Program-made: the position numbers and the translations under genes
The notes under the pieces: generated by a model
The model's database searches: none
Told to the model about the DNA's origin: nothing
The model's input: only the letters and a program-made list of their open reading frames with translations
Source of the DNA: Dehalococcoidales bacterium
GTDB taxonomy: Bacteria > Chloroflexota > Dehalococcoidia > Dehalococcoidales > Fen-1064
NCBI GenBank assembly: GCA_016929875.1
Contig: JAFGHZ010000026.1
Location: forward strand, 1 to 33,162
Length of the DNA: 33,162 nt
Direction: 5' to 3'
Shown here: piece by piece, positions 10,204 through 19,492 of the stretch
Layout of the letters: every line of letters begins with the position of its first letter
How positions within the stretch are numbered: the stretch's first letter is position 1

Positions 10204-11976
10204 TTACGGGGTCTGGATAATAGGTATCGAAAAGCTGAAAGTACTTCCTTTCCCTCTTTGACTTTTCACCCAAATTTTCCCGTGATGCAATTCGATTATC
10301 GTCTTGGAGAGTTTAAGGCCTAGTCCCAACCCTTTCTGATGCTCTTTGTCTTCACTCAGTCTTGTATAGGGCTGAAAAATAAGACATATTTTCTCCGGGT
10401 CGATTCCGCGTCCGGTATCTTCAACTTCCACCAGCAGGTTGTTCTCCGCCTGCCTGGCCCGTACCGTAATTGTACCTTTTTCCGGTGTAAACTTAGTGGC
10501 ATTATTCAACAGGTTGCGTAAAACCTGCCTCAAACGTACTTCATCACCCATAATATGTGGTAAAGACGGCGGTAAGTCGACTTTCAAGCTCTGCTGACGG
10601 GTCTTAAATAAAGGCGACACCTCTCCGGCGACCTGATTTATGAGAGACATCGGATCGACATCTTCGAGATTAAGACGCAGGATGCCGACATCTCCTTTCG
10701 CCATGTCCAGTAAGTCATCGAGGCGGTCGTTCATATCCAGCGCGCCGCGATAAATGTTCTTCGCCAAGTTCAGCCACGGTTGTTCTTTTAAGCCGTCAGT
10801 CAGTAATTCGCTGGACGATATGATAGGCGTAATAGGTGTCTTCAATTCATGCGCTAATTCACGTGTATAATCCGCCCGTTTGGTCATCTCCGATTCCAGA
10901 TTACGCCTCAGTCCCGCTTGTTCGAACTCATGCTTTTCGATCGTATCCAGCATCTTGTTGATATCTTCGGTGAGGGCAGACAACTCGTCCTTACCTGTTA
11001 CCTTAACCCTTGCCGAGATATCTCCGCTACTACTTAATTGCCTGACACTTTCACCGAGGTTACGTACCCGCGACAAAATCAGCTTCTCGAGGAGGAATAT
11101 TGCCGCCCCTATGCCAATAACAGCACACGCTAACAACATCAGCAAGCTGAAAATAACGCTGTCCCACCCGCTATTGTAAATGTCGCGCGACTCTTCAGTC
11201 CTTAAAATCAGGGCGGGATTATCATTGATATCATGTATCAAGGCATATCCCGAAATCGTTTCGCTGTCCCGCGCAGAAACGTAGAAAGGGCCCTCTGAAG
11301 ATAGCTCGCGACGCGCCTTAACAATGTCAGCCGGCACCTGGGAACTATTTGAAGGAAACGCCGACAGCGTACTTTTGGTAATTTCGCCAAGTTGCTCGAT
11401 ATCTTGAGCATTGACGGTACCTATCATTGTAAACATTCCGAGTGCCGGTGCTGTACCCGCACTATCCGTTATCGGGCAGGAAGAAGCAATCAACACATCT
11501 CCCGGCAGAAGAATGATACCACTGACAGTATAGTCGAGATCATCCGGCGGGATGAATAAACTACTATTGGTGATATACTGTAAGAGAGCCGGGGGCACCG
11601 CTACCTCTTTATCCTGTTGAGTATCATAAGCACCGCTATACATCAGTTCGCCCTGTGTGTCCGTAATCACGATAGCATACAGTTGCAGTGACTCAAAAGT
11701 AGAAGGGGCAAGGTTCTTGTCGATATAATCCTGGTTCCGGTTTTGAACGAAGAAGTAGGTATCGTCCCAGAAAGCCCAGTCGGAAGTCGTCATCTCCAGA
11801 GAAGTAATACGGTTATCAAAAGCAGCTACCACACACTCGATATTTTCCAGGACGTTCCCTTCCTCAAGGCGGACGAAGCTGCCGAGAAGGAAGTGTTGCG
11901 CGATAAGGTACGAAGCTACCAGTACCACAACAAACACTACACAAATGTAAAGCAACGTACTCTGACGCAGAGTCAT
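10204..11976 (-). CDS. Sensor histidine kinase (TM, large extracytoplasmic sensor, TM, HAMP, HisKA, HATPase)
   Basis: H-box ELAHELKTP, N-box LRNLLNNATKFT, G-boxes DTGRGI and GLGLGL. I prefer the ATG at 11976 (MTLRQS...) because a GGAGG lies 7 nt upstream; the track start is 11991. Confidence 0.9.
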   Translation of the reverse strand: MTLRQSTLLYICVVFVVVLVASYLIAQHFLLGSFVRLEEGNVLENIECVVAAFDNRITSLEMTTSDWAFWDDTYFFVQNRNQDYIDKNLAPSTFESLQLYAIVITDTQGELMYSGAYDTQQDKEVAVPPALLQYITNSSLFIPPDDLDYTVSGIILLPGDVLIASSCPITDSAGTAPALGMFTMIGTVNAQDIEQLGEITKSTLSAFPSNSSQVPADIVKARRELSSEGPFYVSARDSETISGYALIHDINDNPALILRTEESRDIYNSGWDSVIFSLLMLLACAVIGIGAAIFLLEKLILSRVRNLGESVRQLSSSGDISARVKVTGKDELSALTEDINKMLDTIEKHEFEQAGLRRNLESEMTKRADYTRELAHELKTPITPIISSSELLTDGLKEQPWLNLAKNIYRGALDMNDRLDDLLDMAKGDVGILRLNLEDVDPMSLINQVAGEVSPLFKTRQQSLKVDLPPSLPHIMGDEVRLRQVLRNLLNNATKFTPEKGTITVRARQAENNLLVEVEDTGRGIDPEKICLIFQPYTRLSEDKEHQKGLGLGLKLSKTIIELHHGKIWVKSQRGKGSTFSFSIPIIQTP

Positions 11977-12362
11977 CCGAGAACCTCCCATCGGACACGA
12001 TAGTTGCTGGAAAATCTTCCGGTAGCTAAAATCAGCAATTCAGCATAATACCTAAATTATTACTAACGTGATTTTAAGGAGTGAAATTATCAAGACTACT
12101 ATAGGCTACTTGACTTTTTATGTCAAGGTTTGGCAAACAAATTCGTCGGGTTTGAGGCATATCCATCTTCCGCTCATCGACCAAGCACCTGCTTTAACGG
12201 AGTGCAAACCTGATGATGTCCATAAAAATGCGTAACGATATTACGGAGAACAACGCCAAAAGACTGATGAGGGCAGGTTATTCCCGCATCGGGGTGGATC
12301 CACTCGTGTAATTCCCTTTCTCCCATCTCAACTAAATGCTGGTAATAATGAATTCACGCAAC

Positions 12363-12391
12363 TTGACAAACCCTCATGTTCGTGTTAGTTT
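12363..12391 (+). promoter_or_regulatory. Candidate sigma70-type promoter for the SDR/ACAD operon
   Basis: TTGACA (12363-12368), a 17-nt spacer, then TAGTTT (12386-12391), which fits TAnnnT. About 110 nt upstream of the SDR start. Confidence 0.4.
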
Positions 12392-12395
12392 AGCG

Positions 12396-12421
12396 ATACA
12401 TACCAACCGAGTGGTATGTAT
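12396..12421. promoter_or_regulatory. Perfect 9-bp inverted repeat, candidate operator
   Basis: ATACATACC-aaccgagt-GGTATGTAT lies immediately downstream of the candidate -10 element, overlapping the expected transcription start. Confidence 0.4.
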
Positions 12422-12499
12422 TATTTTGATACCTTGCTCAATACCAGGAAAAGCAGAGACGGTACCCGCTCGTAAAAAACAAAAAGCCGGGAAGGCTTT

Positions 12500-13291
12500 A
12501 TGTTTACAGGAGACCTCAAGAATATCACAATGGTAACGGTGAATTTTTCCCTGAAAGGTAAGGTCGCCCTCATTACAGGGGGTAGTCGTGGTATCGGACG
12601 GGCTATCGCTCTGGCGTTTGCCGAAGCCGGTGCTAAAGTTGCTATCTCTGCACGTAAACAGCAGGACCTCGATGCTGTCGCCGACGAAATTAATTCTAAA
12701 GGGCAGGAATGCCTCCCGACCATTGCTCACGTCGCGAAAATGGACGAATCGAGGGCACTGCTAAACAGAGTTAAAAGTCATTTCGGACGCATTGATATCC
12801 TCGTCAATAACGCCGGCACCAATCCGTACAACGGGCCCCTCATCGATGCAGAAGAATGGGCATGGGACATCATAATGAATGTCAATCTCAAAGGTCCTTT
12901 TATGCTCAGCCTGATGGCCGCTAAACTAATGCGCGAGCAAGGCGGGGGGAACATCATAAATATGGCATCGGCCACTGGTATCAGACCCAGCGATTTCCAT
13001 ATCTACGGCGTTTCAAAAGCCGCTTTGATTATGCTGACACAAATAATGGCGCGAGAATTCGGGCAGTACAATATCAGGGTCAATGCCATCGCACCGGGCA
13101 TCATTACTACCCGTTTGAGTGAATCACTATGGAAGGAGCCCCAGAACAAAGAGGAAATTATTAAACATTGCTCACTCGGCAGACTCGGTGTTCCGGAAGA
13201 TATTGCAGGGGCAGCTATTTATCTGGCATCGGATGCCTCGAAATATGTCACAGGGACTACCATCATCATTGATGGCGGCGAGAAAAATTAA
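12500..13291 (+). CDS. Short-chain dehydrogenase/reductase (FabG-like)
   Basis: TGGSRGIGRAIA cofactor motif, NNAG, and the YxxxK catalytic motif (YGVSKAA). The start is uncertain (ATG 12500 or ATG 12530). Confidence 0.9.
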   Translation: MFTGDLKNITMVTVNFSLKGKVALITGGSRGIGRAIALAFAEAGAKVAISARKQQDLDAVADEINSKGQECLPTIAHVAKMDESRALLNRVKSHFGRIDILVNNAGTNPYNGPLIDAEEWAWDIIMNVNLKGPFMLSLMAAKLMREQGGGNIINMASATGIRPSDFHIYGVSKAALIMLTQIMAREFGQYNIRVNAIAPGIITTRLSESLWKEPQNKEEIIKHCSLGRLGVPEDIAGAAIYLASDASKYVTGTTIIIDGGEKN

Positions 13292-13436
13292 CAGCACTCC
13301 TTAGAAAGAATATCTGGGGTAGTGAAGAAAATCATTGGCTTTACTGAGGCAGGACTGACGCAGGGAGTGTAATTTTTCATCATATATTGGCATGGAATAC
13401 TATCCAGGGCAGATACAGTATTAAAAGGAGGTCTTC

Positions 13437-14618
13437 ATGGACTTTAGTTTTACCGAAGAACAGAAAAATAAAAGACAGGAGTTCTTCAAAGTTTGTGCCG
13501 AACTGGCAAAAGATAGGATGCGCGGTTTTGAAGGATTCGAAAGTTCTTATGATACCGATGAAGGCTGGAAATACCACCTCTACTGCGCTAAGGAATTTGC
13601 GAGGAGAGGCTGGCTCTCTCTAGCCTGGCCCGAGGAGTACGGCGGCAGCGGTAATATGATGGACCGCGTCCTCTTTGCCGAGGCACGGGGTTATCACGGA
13701 GTACCAGGGGTAGATGTTTTCGGCGTGCAGATGCTGGCACCAACTATTCTGGCATGCGGTAGTGAAGAAATCAAGCGCGAATTTCTTCCGAAGATTGCCA
13801 CCGGTGAGATACAGTTCTGTGAACTCTGGAGCGAACCGAACGCCGGCTCCGACCTGGCTTCTTTAACCACAACCGCTATCAAACAGGGAAACGAATATGT
13901 TATCAACGGACAGAAAATCTGGACGACCGGCGCCCACCGCGCTCATTGGAGCTTCGGCGTTTATAAGGACGACCTCGGTGGAAAACCTCACCACAATATG
14001 GTTTTCCTTCTTTTCGACATGAAAACTCCCGGGGTCACCATCCGCCCCATCAAATACATACACAACATGCACATCTACAACGAGGTTTTTCTTGACAATG
14101 TCCGCGTACCTGCCAAAGTTGTCGGACAGGAGCACGAAGGCTGGGCAGTCGTCAATACCCTTGCCGCTTTCGAGCGTTCCAACATCGACGATATTATGAG
14201 AATGCAAAGGGACATTGAACACGTAGTAGCTTACTGCAATACGACCAAACAGGACGGCGTACCTTTAGCCAGGAACCCCGTAATCAGAAATCGACTGGCA
14301 AAAATTGCCGGTGAGGTTGAAGCCGCCAGAATGCTAGCCTACCGCGTCGCCGATCTACAAAATCGCGGCGAGCTGACTTTGATGGAAGCCGGCGCTGTCA
14401 AAATCTTCGAAAGCGAACTTCTGGAACGCTTCGCTTCCTTGATGACCGACGTTCTCGGCCCTTACGGGCAGGTCAAGATGTCACGCTGGTCCCCGATGGA
14501 CGGCTGGTGGGAAAGAATCTATCAGGAACATTTTGTCCAGAGTATCTCGATGGGTACCAACGAAATACAGCGAAACCTGATAGCATGGCGCGGTCTGGAA
14601 TTACCCAGAATGAAATAA
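13437..14618 (+). CDS. Acyl-CoA dehydrogenase family protein (putative catalytic subunit)
   Basis: AGGAGG SD. N-terminus MDFSFTEEQ, WSEPNAGSD, and a C-terminal GTNEIQRNLIA motif. Glu-Arg (AFERS) sits at the isovaleryl-CoA-dehydrogenase-type catalytic-base position, aligned by eye. Confidence 0.9.
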   Translation: MDFSFTEEQKNKRQEFFKVCAELAKDRMRGFEGFESSYDTDEGWKYHLYCAKEFARRGWLSLAWPEEYGGSGNMMDRVLFAEARGYHGVPGVDVFGVQMLAPTILACGSEEIKREFLPKIATGEIQFCELWSEPNAGSDLASLTTTAIKQGNEYVINGQKIWTTGAHRAHWSFGVYKDDLGGKPHHNMVFLLFDMKTPGVTIRPIKYIHNMHIYNEVFLDNVRVPAKVVGQEHEGWAVVNTLAAFERSNIDDIMRMQRDIEHVVAYCNTTKQDGVPLARNPVIRNRLAKIAGEVEAARMLAYRVADLQNRGELTLMEAGAVKIFESELLERFASLMTDVLGPYGQVKMSRWSPMDGWWERIYQEHFVQSISMGTNEIQRNLIAWRGLELPRMK

Positions 14619-14648
14619 GGCAATTTATATCGGAGGAGAATGTAAAAT

Positions 14649-15785
14649 ATGGACCTCAGATTTACCGAAGAACAGGAAATGCTGAAGACTTCCGCCAAGG
14701 ATTTTTTAGTGGCGGAGTGCCCCAAGTCGAAAGTAAGGGAACTCGAAGAAGACAAAATCGGCCATTCCCCGGAACTCTGGAAAAAGATGGCGGAACTGGG
14801 CTGGATGGGTTTAATCATTCCCGAACAATATCAAGGTATGGGAATGACTTTTCAAGACGGTATGGCACTGATTGAGGAAGTTGGCAGAAACCTCCTTCCT
14901 GAACCTTTCATCAGTACTCTGGTCGCGTCTTTTGCTATCCTTGCCGCCGGGAGCGAATCGCAAAAACAAGAATTCCTGCCGAAAATCTCCCGGGGTGAAA
15001 TCAAAGTTTCCCTGGCATACCTTGAAGAAAACGGGAAATACGACGTCAGCGGTATCACCATCAAAGCCGCTCCTCGAGGAGAGGATTTCATACTCAACGG
15101 AACAAAGATGTTTGTTGAGATGGCACACATCGCTGACTACCTGGTCTGTGCCGCCAGGACCGGCGATAGCGCCAAACCGGAAGACGGCATCACATTGTTC
15201 ATTATCGATGCTAAATCCCCCGGCATCACTACTGAAATCATCCCGACCATTGCCTCGGATAAGCTCTGCGAAGTCAAATTCGACAACGTGCAAATTCCCA
15301 AAAATAATGTCCTGGGCGAAGTGAACAAAGGGTATCAAGCCCTGAAAGACGCCTTACGAAAAGCGGCAATCGTTAAAAGCGTCGAGTCCGTCGGCAGTAT
15401 GCAGGCCTGCATCGACATGACAGTCGCCTATATGAAAGAGCGCGTCCAGTATGGCAGACCTATCGGGGCTTTCCAGGCGCTCCAGCACCTTATTGCCGAT
15501 GCATGGATTGCAACGCAAACCGCCCGATACCTCGTTTACGAAGCGGTCTGGAAAGAATCCAGCGGGCTTCCCTGTGATAAGGAAGCTTCGATGGCAAAGG
15601 CCTATACCAATGAAGCCTACAAATTCGTCAGTAAGTGGGGCATTCGGTTGCATGGCGGAATCGGTACGAGCCGCGAACATGATATGTCGCTTTATTACCG
15701 GAGGGCAAAGGCTGCCGATTGTGCTTACGGCGGCACTGATTTTCATAATGAAATAGTTGCTCGGGAACTCGGGTTCCAAAAATAA
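14649..15785 (+). CDS. Acyl-CoA dehydrogenase family protein (putative non-catalytic partner subunit)
   Basis: N-terminus MDLRFTEEQ and overall ACAD layout. It has Gly before GT (YGGTDF) and Leu-Arg (DALRK) at the two known catalytic-Glu positions. Confidence 0.85.
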   Translation: MDLRFTEEQEMLKTSAKDFLVAECPKSKVRELEEDKIGHSPELWKKMAELGWMGLIIPEQYQGMGMTFQDGMALIEEVGRNLLPEPFISTLVASFAILAAGSESQKQEFLPKISRGEIKVSLAYLEENGKYDVSGITIKAAPRGEDFILNGTKMFVEMAHIADYLVCAARTGDSAKPEDGITLFIIDAKSPGITTEIIPTIASDKLCEVKFDNVQIPKNNVLGEVNKGYQALKDALRKAAIVKSVESVGSMQACIDMTVAYMKERVQYGRPIGAFQALQHLIADAWIATQTARYLVYEAVWKESSGLPCDKEASMAKAYTNEAYKFVSKWGIRLHGGIGTSREHDMSLYYRRAKAADCAYGGTDFHNEIVARELGFQK

Positions 15786-15869
15786 GCATCCCCCAAAAGA
15801 GAGAAAACACTATATTTGCTTGCAAATAAGCTTTATCAAATCCGATAAATATATATAGGGAGAGTAATC

Positions 15870-16760
15870 ATGAAACTGGAAGATGTTAAACAGGTAACGG
15901 TCGTCGGCTCCGGGAATATGGGGGCACAGATAGCACTGCTATGCGCTCAACTCGGTGGTTTCCACGTCGTTATGAACGATATGAACCAAGAACTGGTGAA
16001 CGCCGGCTTGAAACGACAGAGTGATTCCCTGCAGAAATACTTTGTCGACAAGGGGAAAATAACTGCCGACCAGATGAAAGAAATTCTGGGGAGAATCAGG
16101 GGCACCACCAATCTGGCAGAAGCCGCCTCAAAAGCGGACCTTGTCATCGAGGCGGTCTTTGAAAATATGGCGCTCAAGAAAGATATTTTCAAACAGCTGG
16201 ATGCTGCCGCTCCTCCCCACGCTATACTGGCAACCAATACCTCGTATTTGAGTGTTACGGAAATAGCCGGTGTGACCAAACGGCCCGATAAAGTAGCCGG
16301 TATGCACTTCTTCAATCCGCCGGCAGTGATGAAGCTGGTCGAAGTAGTCAGGGCAGCTTTGACTTCGCCCGAGACCGCCAGCGTCATTTTCGACCTGGCG
16401 AAAAAGCTGAACAAAGAGCCAATCTATTGCCGCGATACTTACGGCTTCCTGGCGAACCGTGCCGCCATCGGGCTCGATGATGCCATCGAGCTGGTCTGGG
16501 CTCACGTAGCTCCTCCCGCCGATATCGATAGAGCAATGAAACTGGGATACAACCATCCTATGGGGCCGTTGGAGCTAGGCGACCTGACCGGCGTCTGGAC
16601 TATTATGGCCTATGGCGAAGAAGACCGCATCAAGGAACTCGGCTTCCACAAGGGGTATGTCCATCCCCTGATTAAGATGATGGTGAGAGCGGGTTATACC
16701 GGCGGGCCGAACAAAAAGGGCATTTACGCTTTCTGGGATGATGTTTTATCGAAGTGGTGA
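15870..16760 (+). CDS. 3-hydroxyacyl-CoA dehydrogenase (Hbd-like)
   Basis: VVGSGNMGAQIA Rossmann motif, NTSYLSVTEIA, and FFNPPAVMKLVEV. Confidence 0.9.
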   Translation: MKLEDVKQVTVVGSGNMGAQIALLCAQLGGFHVVMNDMNQELVNAGLKRQSDSLQKYFVDKGKITADQMKEILGRIRGTTNLAEAASKADLVIEAVFENMALKKDIFKQLDAAAPPHAILATNTSYLSVTEIAGVTKRPDKVAGMHFFNPPAVMKLVEVVRAALTSPETASVIFDLAKKLNKEPIYCRDTYGFLANRAAIGLDDAIELVWAHVAPPADIDRAMKLGYNHPMGPLELGDLTGVWTIMAYGEEDRIKELGFHKGYVHPLIKMMVRAGYTGGPNKKGIYAFWDDVLSKW

Positions 16761-16830
16761 AAAGAGGTATAATTTCTACATCTGATGCTGGGTCTCAAAT
16801 TTTGATGAGGGGAAGTAGAGTTTTGTAATT

Positions 16831-17013
16831 ATGAAAAAAGATTTACTGAATATTCTGGTCTGCCCGGTGTGTAAAGGAAAACTGACGCTCACCATACAAA
16901 AGGAAATGGAGAGGGAAATCGTCAGCGGTAACCTGTTTTGCGGTAATTGCAAAGTGAATTACCCGATTGAAAACACCATTCCCAAGCTTCTACCGCCGGA
17001 GAAAAAAACTTAA
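16831..17013 (+). CDS. Trm112-family small zinc-ribbon protein
   Basis: 60 aa. LLNILVCPVCKGKL...CGNCKVNYPIENTIP pattern. Confidence 0.75.
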   Translation: MKKDLLNILVCPVCKGKLTLTIQKEMEREIVSGNLFCGNCKVNYPIENTIPKLLPPEKKT

Positions 17014-17381
17014 TCGGGATAATAAACTACCCGACTCTGAGGTGATTCCCACACCTCGATACTGGCAAGCGAAACAGGCGCTTTTGTCAGCTTTTTCTTT
17101 AGTTCCTTGTATATTGTGACGGCAATATTTTCCGACGAGGGATTGATACGGTCGAAAGGCGGTATCTCGTTGAGACAGGTATGGTCGTATTTCGACAGAA
17201 TTTCCCTCAAATGCTGCTTCAGTAAACTGAAATCATAAGCAAGTCCGACCTCATCAAGCTTACTCCCTTTGAGCTTGGCAACTACCTTGAAACGGTGCCC
17301 GTGCAAAGTTTCGCATTTACCGCGATAACCCCTGAGGGAATGGGCGGCATCGAAATCCATTCCTACCGATATCTCATACAT
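17010..17381 (-). CDS. queD: 6-carboxy-5,6,7,8-tetrahydropterin synthase
   Basis: 123 aa. FDAAHSL...C..LHGHRFKV zinc/catalytic motif. GAGGTGA SD is present. Confidence 0.85.
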   Translation of the reverse strand: MYEISVGMDFDAAHSLRGYRGKCETLHGHRFKVVAKLKGSKLDEVGLAYDFSLLKQHLREILSKYDHTCLNEIPPFDRINPSSENIAVTIYKELKKKLTKAPVSLASIEVWESPQSRVVYYPD

Positions 17382-17390
17382 AACTTCACC

Positions 17391-17876
17391 TCAAATCTTG
17401 CTATACCTGACGACTTCACCGGGCTTGACCCGCAAAATCCCCAACAACTGCTTGATGCTTTTACCGTGTACGGGATGCACCAGTTCCGGAGCGATATCAG
17501 ACAACGGTACCAATACGAAAGCTCTCTCTTCCAGCCTCGGGTGGGGGACGGCCAGCTTGGGAGTATCAATAACACGGTCATCATACAACAGGATGTCGAT
17601 GTCAATCAGCCGTGGGCCATTGACCGGCCCCGGTTTTCTCCCCATCCCTGCCTCGATACCTTTCAGCAGAGTCAGCAGCTCCAGCGGTGCTAAAGAAGTA
17701 GTTACTTCACAGGCAAGGTTCAGGAAGCGGGACTGCTTCGTGTTACCCACCGGCGCAGTATCGTAAACAGTCGAAACCCGATTCACCTCCACCTTTCCGG
17801 AAAGTAAAGATACCGCCCGCCTCAGATTCTCGATACGATCCCCCATATTCGAGCCTAATCCGAGATACACCTTCAT
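17391..17876 (-). CDS. folK: 2-amino-4-hydroxy-6-hydroxymethyldihydropteridine diphosphokinase
   Basis: MKVYLGLGSNMGDR N-terminus, RPRLIDIDILLYD-like block (GPRLIDIDILLYD) and VPHPRLEERAFVLVPL. ATG 17876 is preceded by AAGGA; the track start at 17909 (GTG) adds 11 atypical residues. Confidence 0.85.
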   Translation of the reverse strand: MKVYLGLGSNMGDRIENLRRAVSLLSGKVEVNRVSTVYDTAPVGNTKQSRFLNLACEVTTSLAPLELLTLLKGIEAGMGRKPGPVNGPRLIDIDILLYDDRVIDTPKLAVPHPRLEERAFVLVPLSDIAPELVHPVHGKSIKQLLGILRVKPGEVVRYSKI

Positions 17877-17973
17877 AGACTGCGATTCCTTACTCATAGG
17901 TCTCTTCACGTGGGAATATTATAACATAAGAAAACAGGCTGAACGTCCGATGAAGAGACTGACCCTGTTTTTC

Positions 17974-18003
17974 TTGTCAGTTACCCTCGTTTACTGATAT
18001 ACT
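17974..18003 (+). promoter_or_regulatory. Candidate promoter placing the transcription start at or next to the gatB ATG
   Basis: TTGTCA (17974-17979), an 18-nt spacer, then TATACT (17998-18003). The gatB ATG at 18011 is 7 nt downstream and has no SD in between (AAACCCG). Confidence 0.4.
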
Positions 18004-18010
18004 AAACCCG

Positions 18011-19492
18011 ATGACCGCGACAATAGCAGCTACAAAGTATGAGACCATCATCGGGCTGGAAGTACACGCCCAGCTCAATACCAGAAGCAAGATGTTCTGC
18101 GAATGCAGTGCCGACTACGCAAATACCGAGCCTAATACCCACGTATGTCCGGTGTGTCTCGGTATGCCCGGCGTTTTGCCGGTCATCAACAAGCAGGCAG
18201 TAGAATATACCATGATGACGGCGCTGGTTTTGAATTGCACCGTCTCCGAACATACCAAGTTCGACCGCAAAAACTACCCTTACCCCGACCTGATGAAAGG
18301 CTATCAGATATCGCAATACGATGCACCCGTCGGGAAGAGCGGCACCCTCGCTATCGAAATCGACGGGCAAAAGAAAAACATCGGGATTACCCGCGTCCAC
18401 CTCGAGGAAGACGTTGCCAAACTGATACACCGCACTTCGTTCGACGGTAAAGATTACAGCCTGATGGATGTCAATCGCAGCGGCGTCCCATTGATGGAGA
18501 TCGTCGGAGAGCCGGACCTGCGCTCTCCCGAAGAAGCCAGGCAGTATCTGATGAAACTGCACAGCATCCTCCAGTACATCGGGGTATCCACCGCCAATAT
18601 GGAAGAAGGCAGTTTCCGGTGCGATGCCAATATCAGCATCCGCCCCGAAGGTAGCGACAAACTGCTTGCCAAAGTCGAAGTCAAGAATATGAACAGCTTC
18701 CGCGCGGTTTTCCGGGCGATGGAATATGAAGCCCGGCGACAGCGTAAAGCCGCCGAAGAAGGCGAACGGCTGGTGCAGGAAACGAGGGGGTGGGTAGAAG
18801 AAGAGGGCAAAACCGTATCGCAGCGCAGTAAAGAGTACGCCCACGATTACCGCTATTTCCCGGAACCCGACCTGCCGCCGATTTTCATCAGTCCTGAATG
18901 GGTAGCAGAGGTGAAGGCAAAATTACCGGAATTGCCCGAAGCGCGGCGTGACCGCTTCGTAAAAGAATACGGATTGCCGACCTATGATGCCAACCTTCTG
19001 ACCGCTTCAAAAGCGATGGCAGACTACTTCGAAAGCTGTATTAATATAAGTAAACAAAAAAACTTTTCTATAATTAATCTAGAAAAACAAATAAGTAACT
19101 CGTGTTTAGGTGAAATTAGCCATCTCTGTAATGCTACCAATACCGAAATACAAGATATCAAAATTACTCCTGCCAGCACCTGTGAGATTATCGATTTGAC
19201 CCAAAAAGGTATCATAAGTGGCCCCGCTGCTAAAAAGATATATGAGATTGTATTCAATACCGGCATGTCTGTCAGCGCAGTTGTTCAGAACGAAGGACTG
19301 AGACAAATAAGCAATAGCAGTGAACTCGAAGAGATCGCTAAAAAGGTAATTGCAGAAAATCCTCAGGCAGTCGCCGATTTTAAGGCGGGAAAGGAAGCTG
19401 CTCTTAAATTTCTCGTGGGACAATTAATGAAAGAAACTAGAGGGCGTGCCAACCCACAAATAGCAAATCAATTATTGAAAAAAATAATTTAG
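18011..19492 (+). CDS. gatB: Asp-tRNA(Asn)/Glu-tRNA(Gln) amidotransferase subunit B
   Basis: YETIIGLEVHAQLNT, CPVCLGMPGVLPV, and the C-terminal FLVGQLMKETRGRANPQ tail. The last ~450 nt are strikingly low in G+C (see findings). Confidence 0.95.
   Translation: MTATIAATKYETIIGLEVHAQLNTRSKMFCECSADYANTEPNTHVCPVCLGMPGVLPVINKQAVEYTMMTALVLNCTVSEHTKFDRKNYPYPDLMKGYQISQYDAPVGKSGTLAIEIDGQKKNIGITRVHLEEDVAKLIHRTSFDGKDYSLMDVNRSGVPLMEIVGEPDLRSPEEARQYLMKLHSILQYIGVSTANMEEGSFRCDANISIRPEGSDKLLAKVEVKNMNSFRAVFRAMEYEARRQRKAAEEGERLVQETRGWVEEEGKTVSQRSKEYAHDYRYFPEPDLPPIFISPEWVAEVKAKLPELPEARRDRFVKEYGLPTYDANLLTASKAMADYFESCINISKQKNFSIINLEKQISNSCLGEISHLCNATNTEIQDIKITPASTCEIIDLTQKGIISGPAAKKIYEIVFNTGMSVSAVVQNEGLRQISNSSELEEIAKKVIAENPQAVADFKAGKEAALKFLVGQLMKETRGRANPQIANQLLKKII

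Noticed and set aside
11992-12362. A possible decayed gene in the ~500-bp gene-free gap
   Set aside because: The + strand fragments read ...ITENNAKRLMRAGYSRIGVDPLV*, which is vaguely like an amidohydrolase C-terminus. There is also a 58-codon GTG ORF at 12068-12244 and a 50-codon minus-strand ORF ending at 12174. All are short, lack an SD and have no diagnostic motif. I cannot distinguish a pseudogene remnant from noise without a database search.
12336-12730. Track ORFs 12336-12536 (+), 12374-12730 (-) and 12421-12723 (-)
   Set aside because: They overlap the promoter/operator region or run antisense to the well-supported SDR gene. No motifs are present.
15813-15828. The palindrome TATTTGC-tt-GCAAATA upstream of the 3-hydroxyacyl-CoA dehydrogenase gene
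   Set aside because: It is a short AT-rich 7-bp inverted repeat in an AT-rich spacer. It could be an operator or a weak terminator, but it is not distinguishable from chance by eye.
17010-17013. The convergent Trm112 and queD genes share overlapping stop codons in the palindrome TTAA
   Set aside because: This is real but trivial. It is a common consequence of compact convergent genes and needs no special function.
18002-18844. A 280-aa ORF antisense to gatB
   Set aside because: It lies entirely inside the strongly supported gatB gene on the opposite strand. The sequence is low-complexity and rich in Gly, Phe and Ala, with no recognisable motif. This is a typical shadow ORF.
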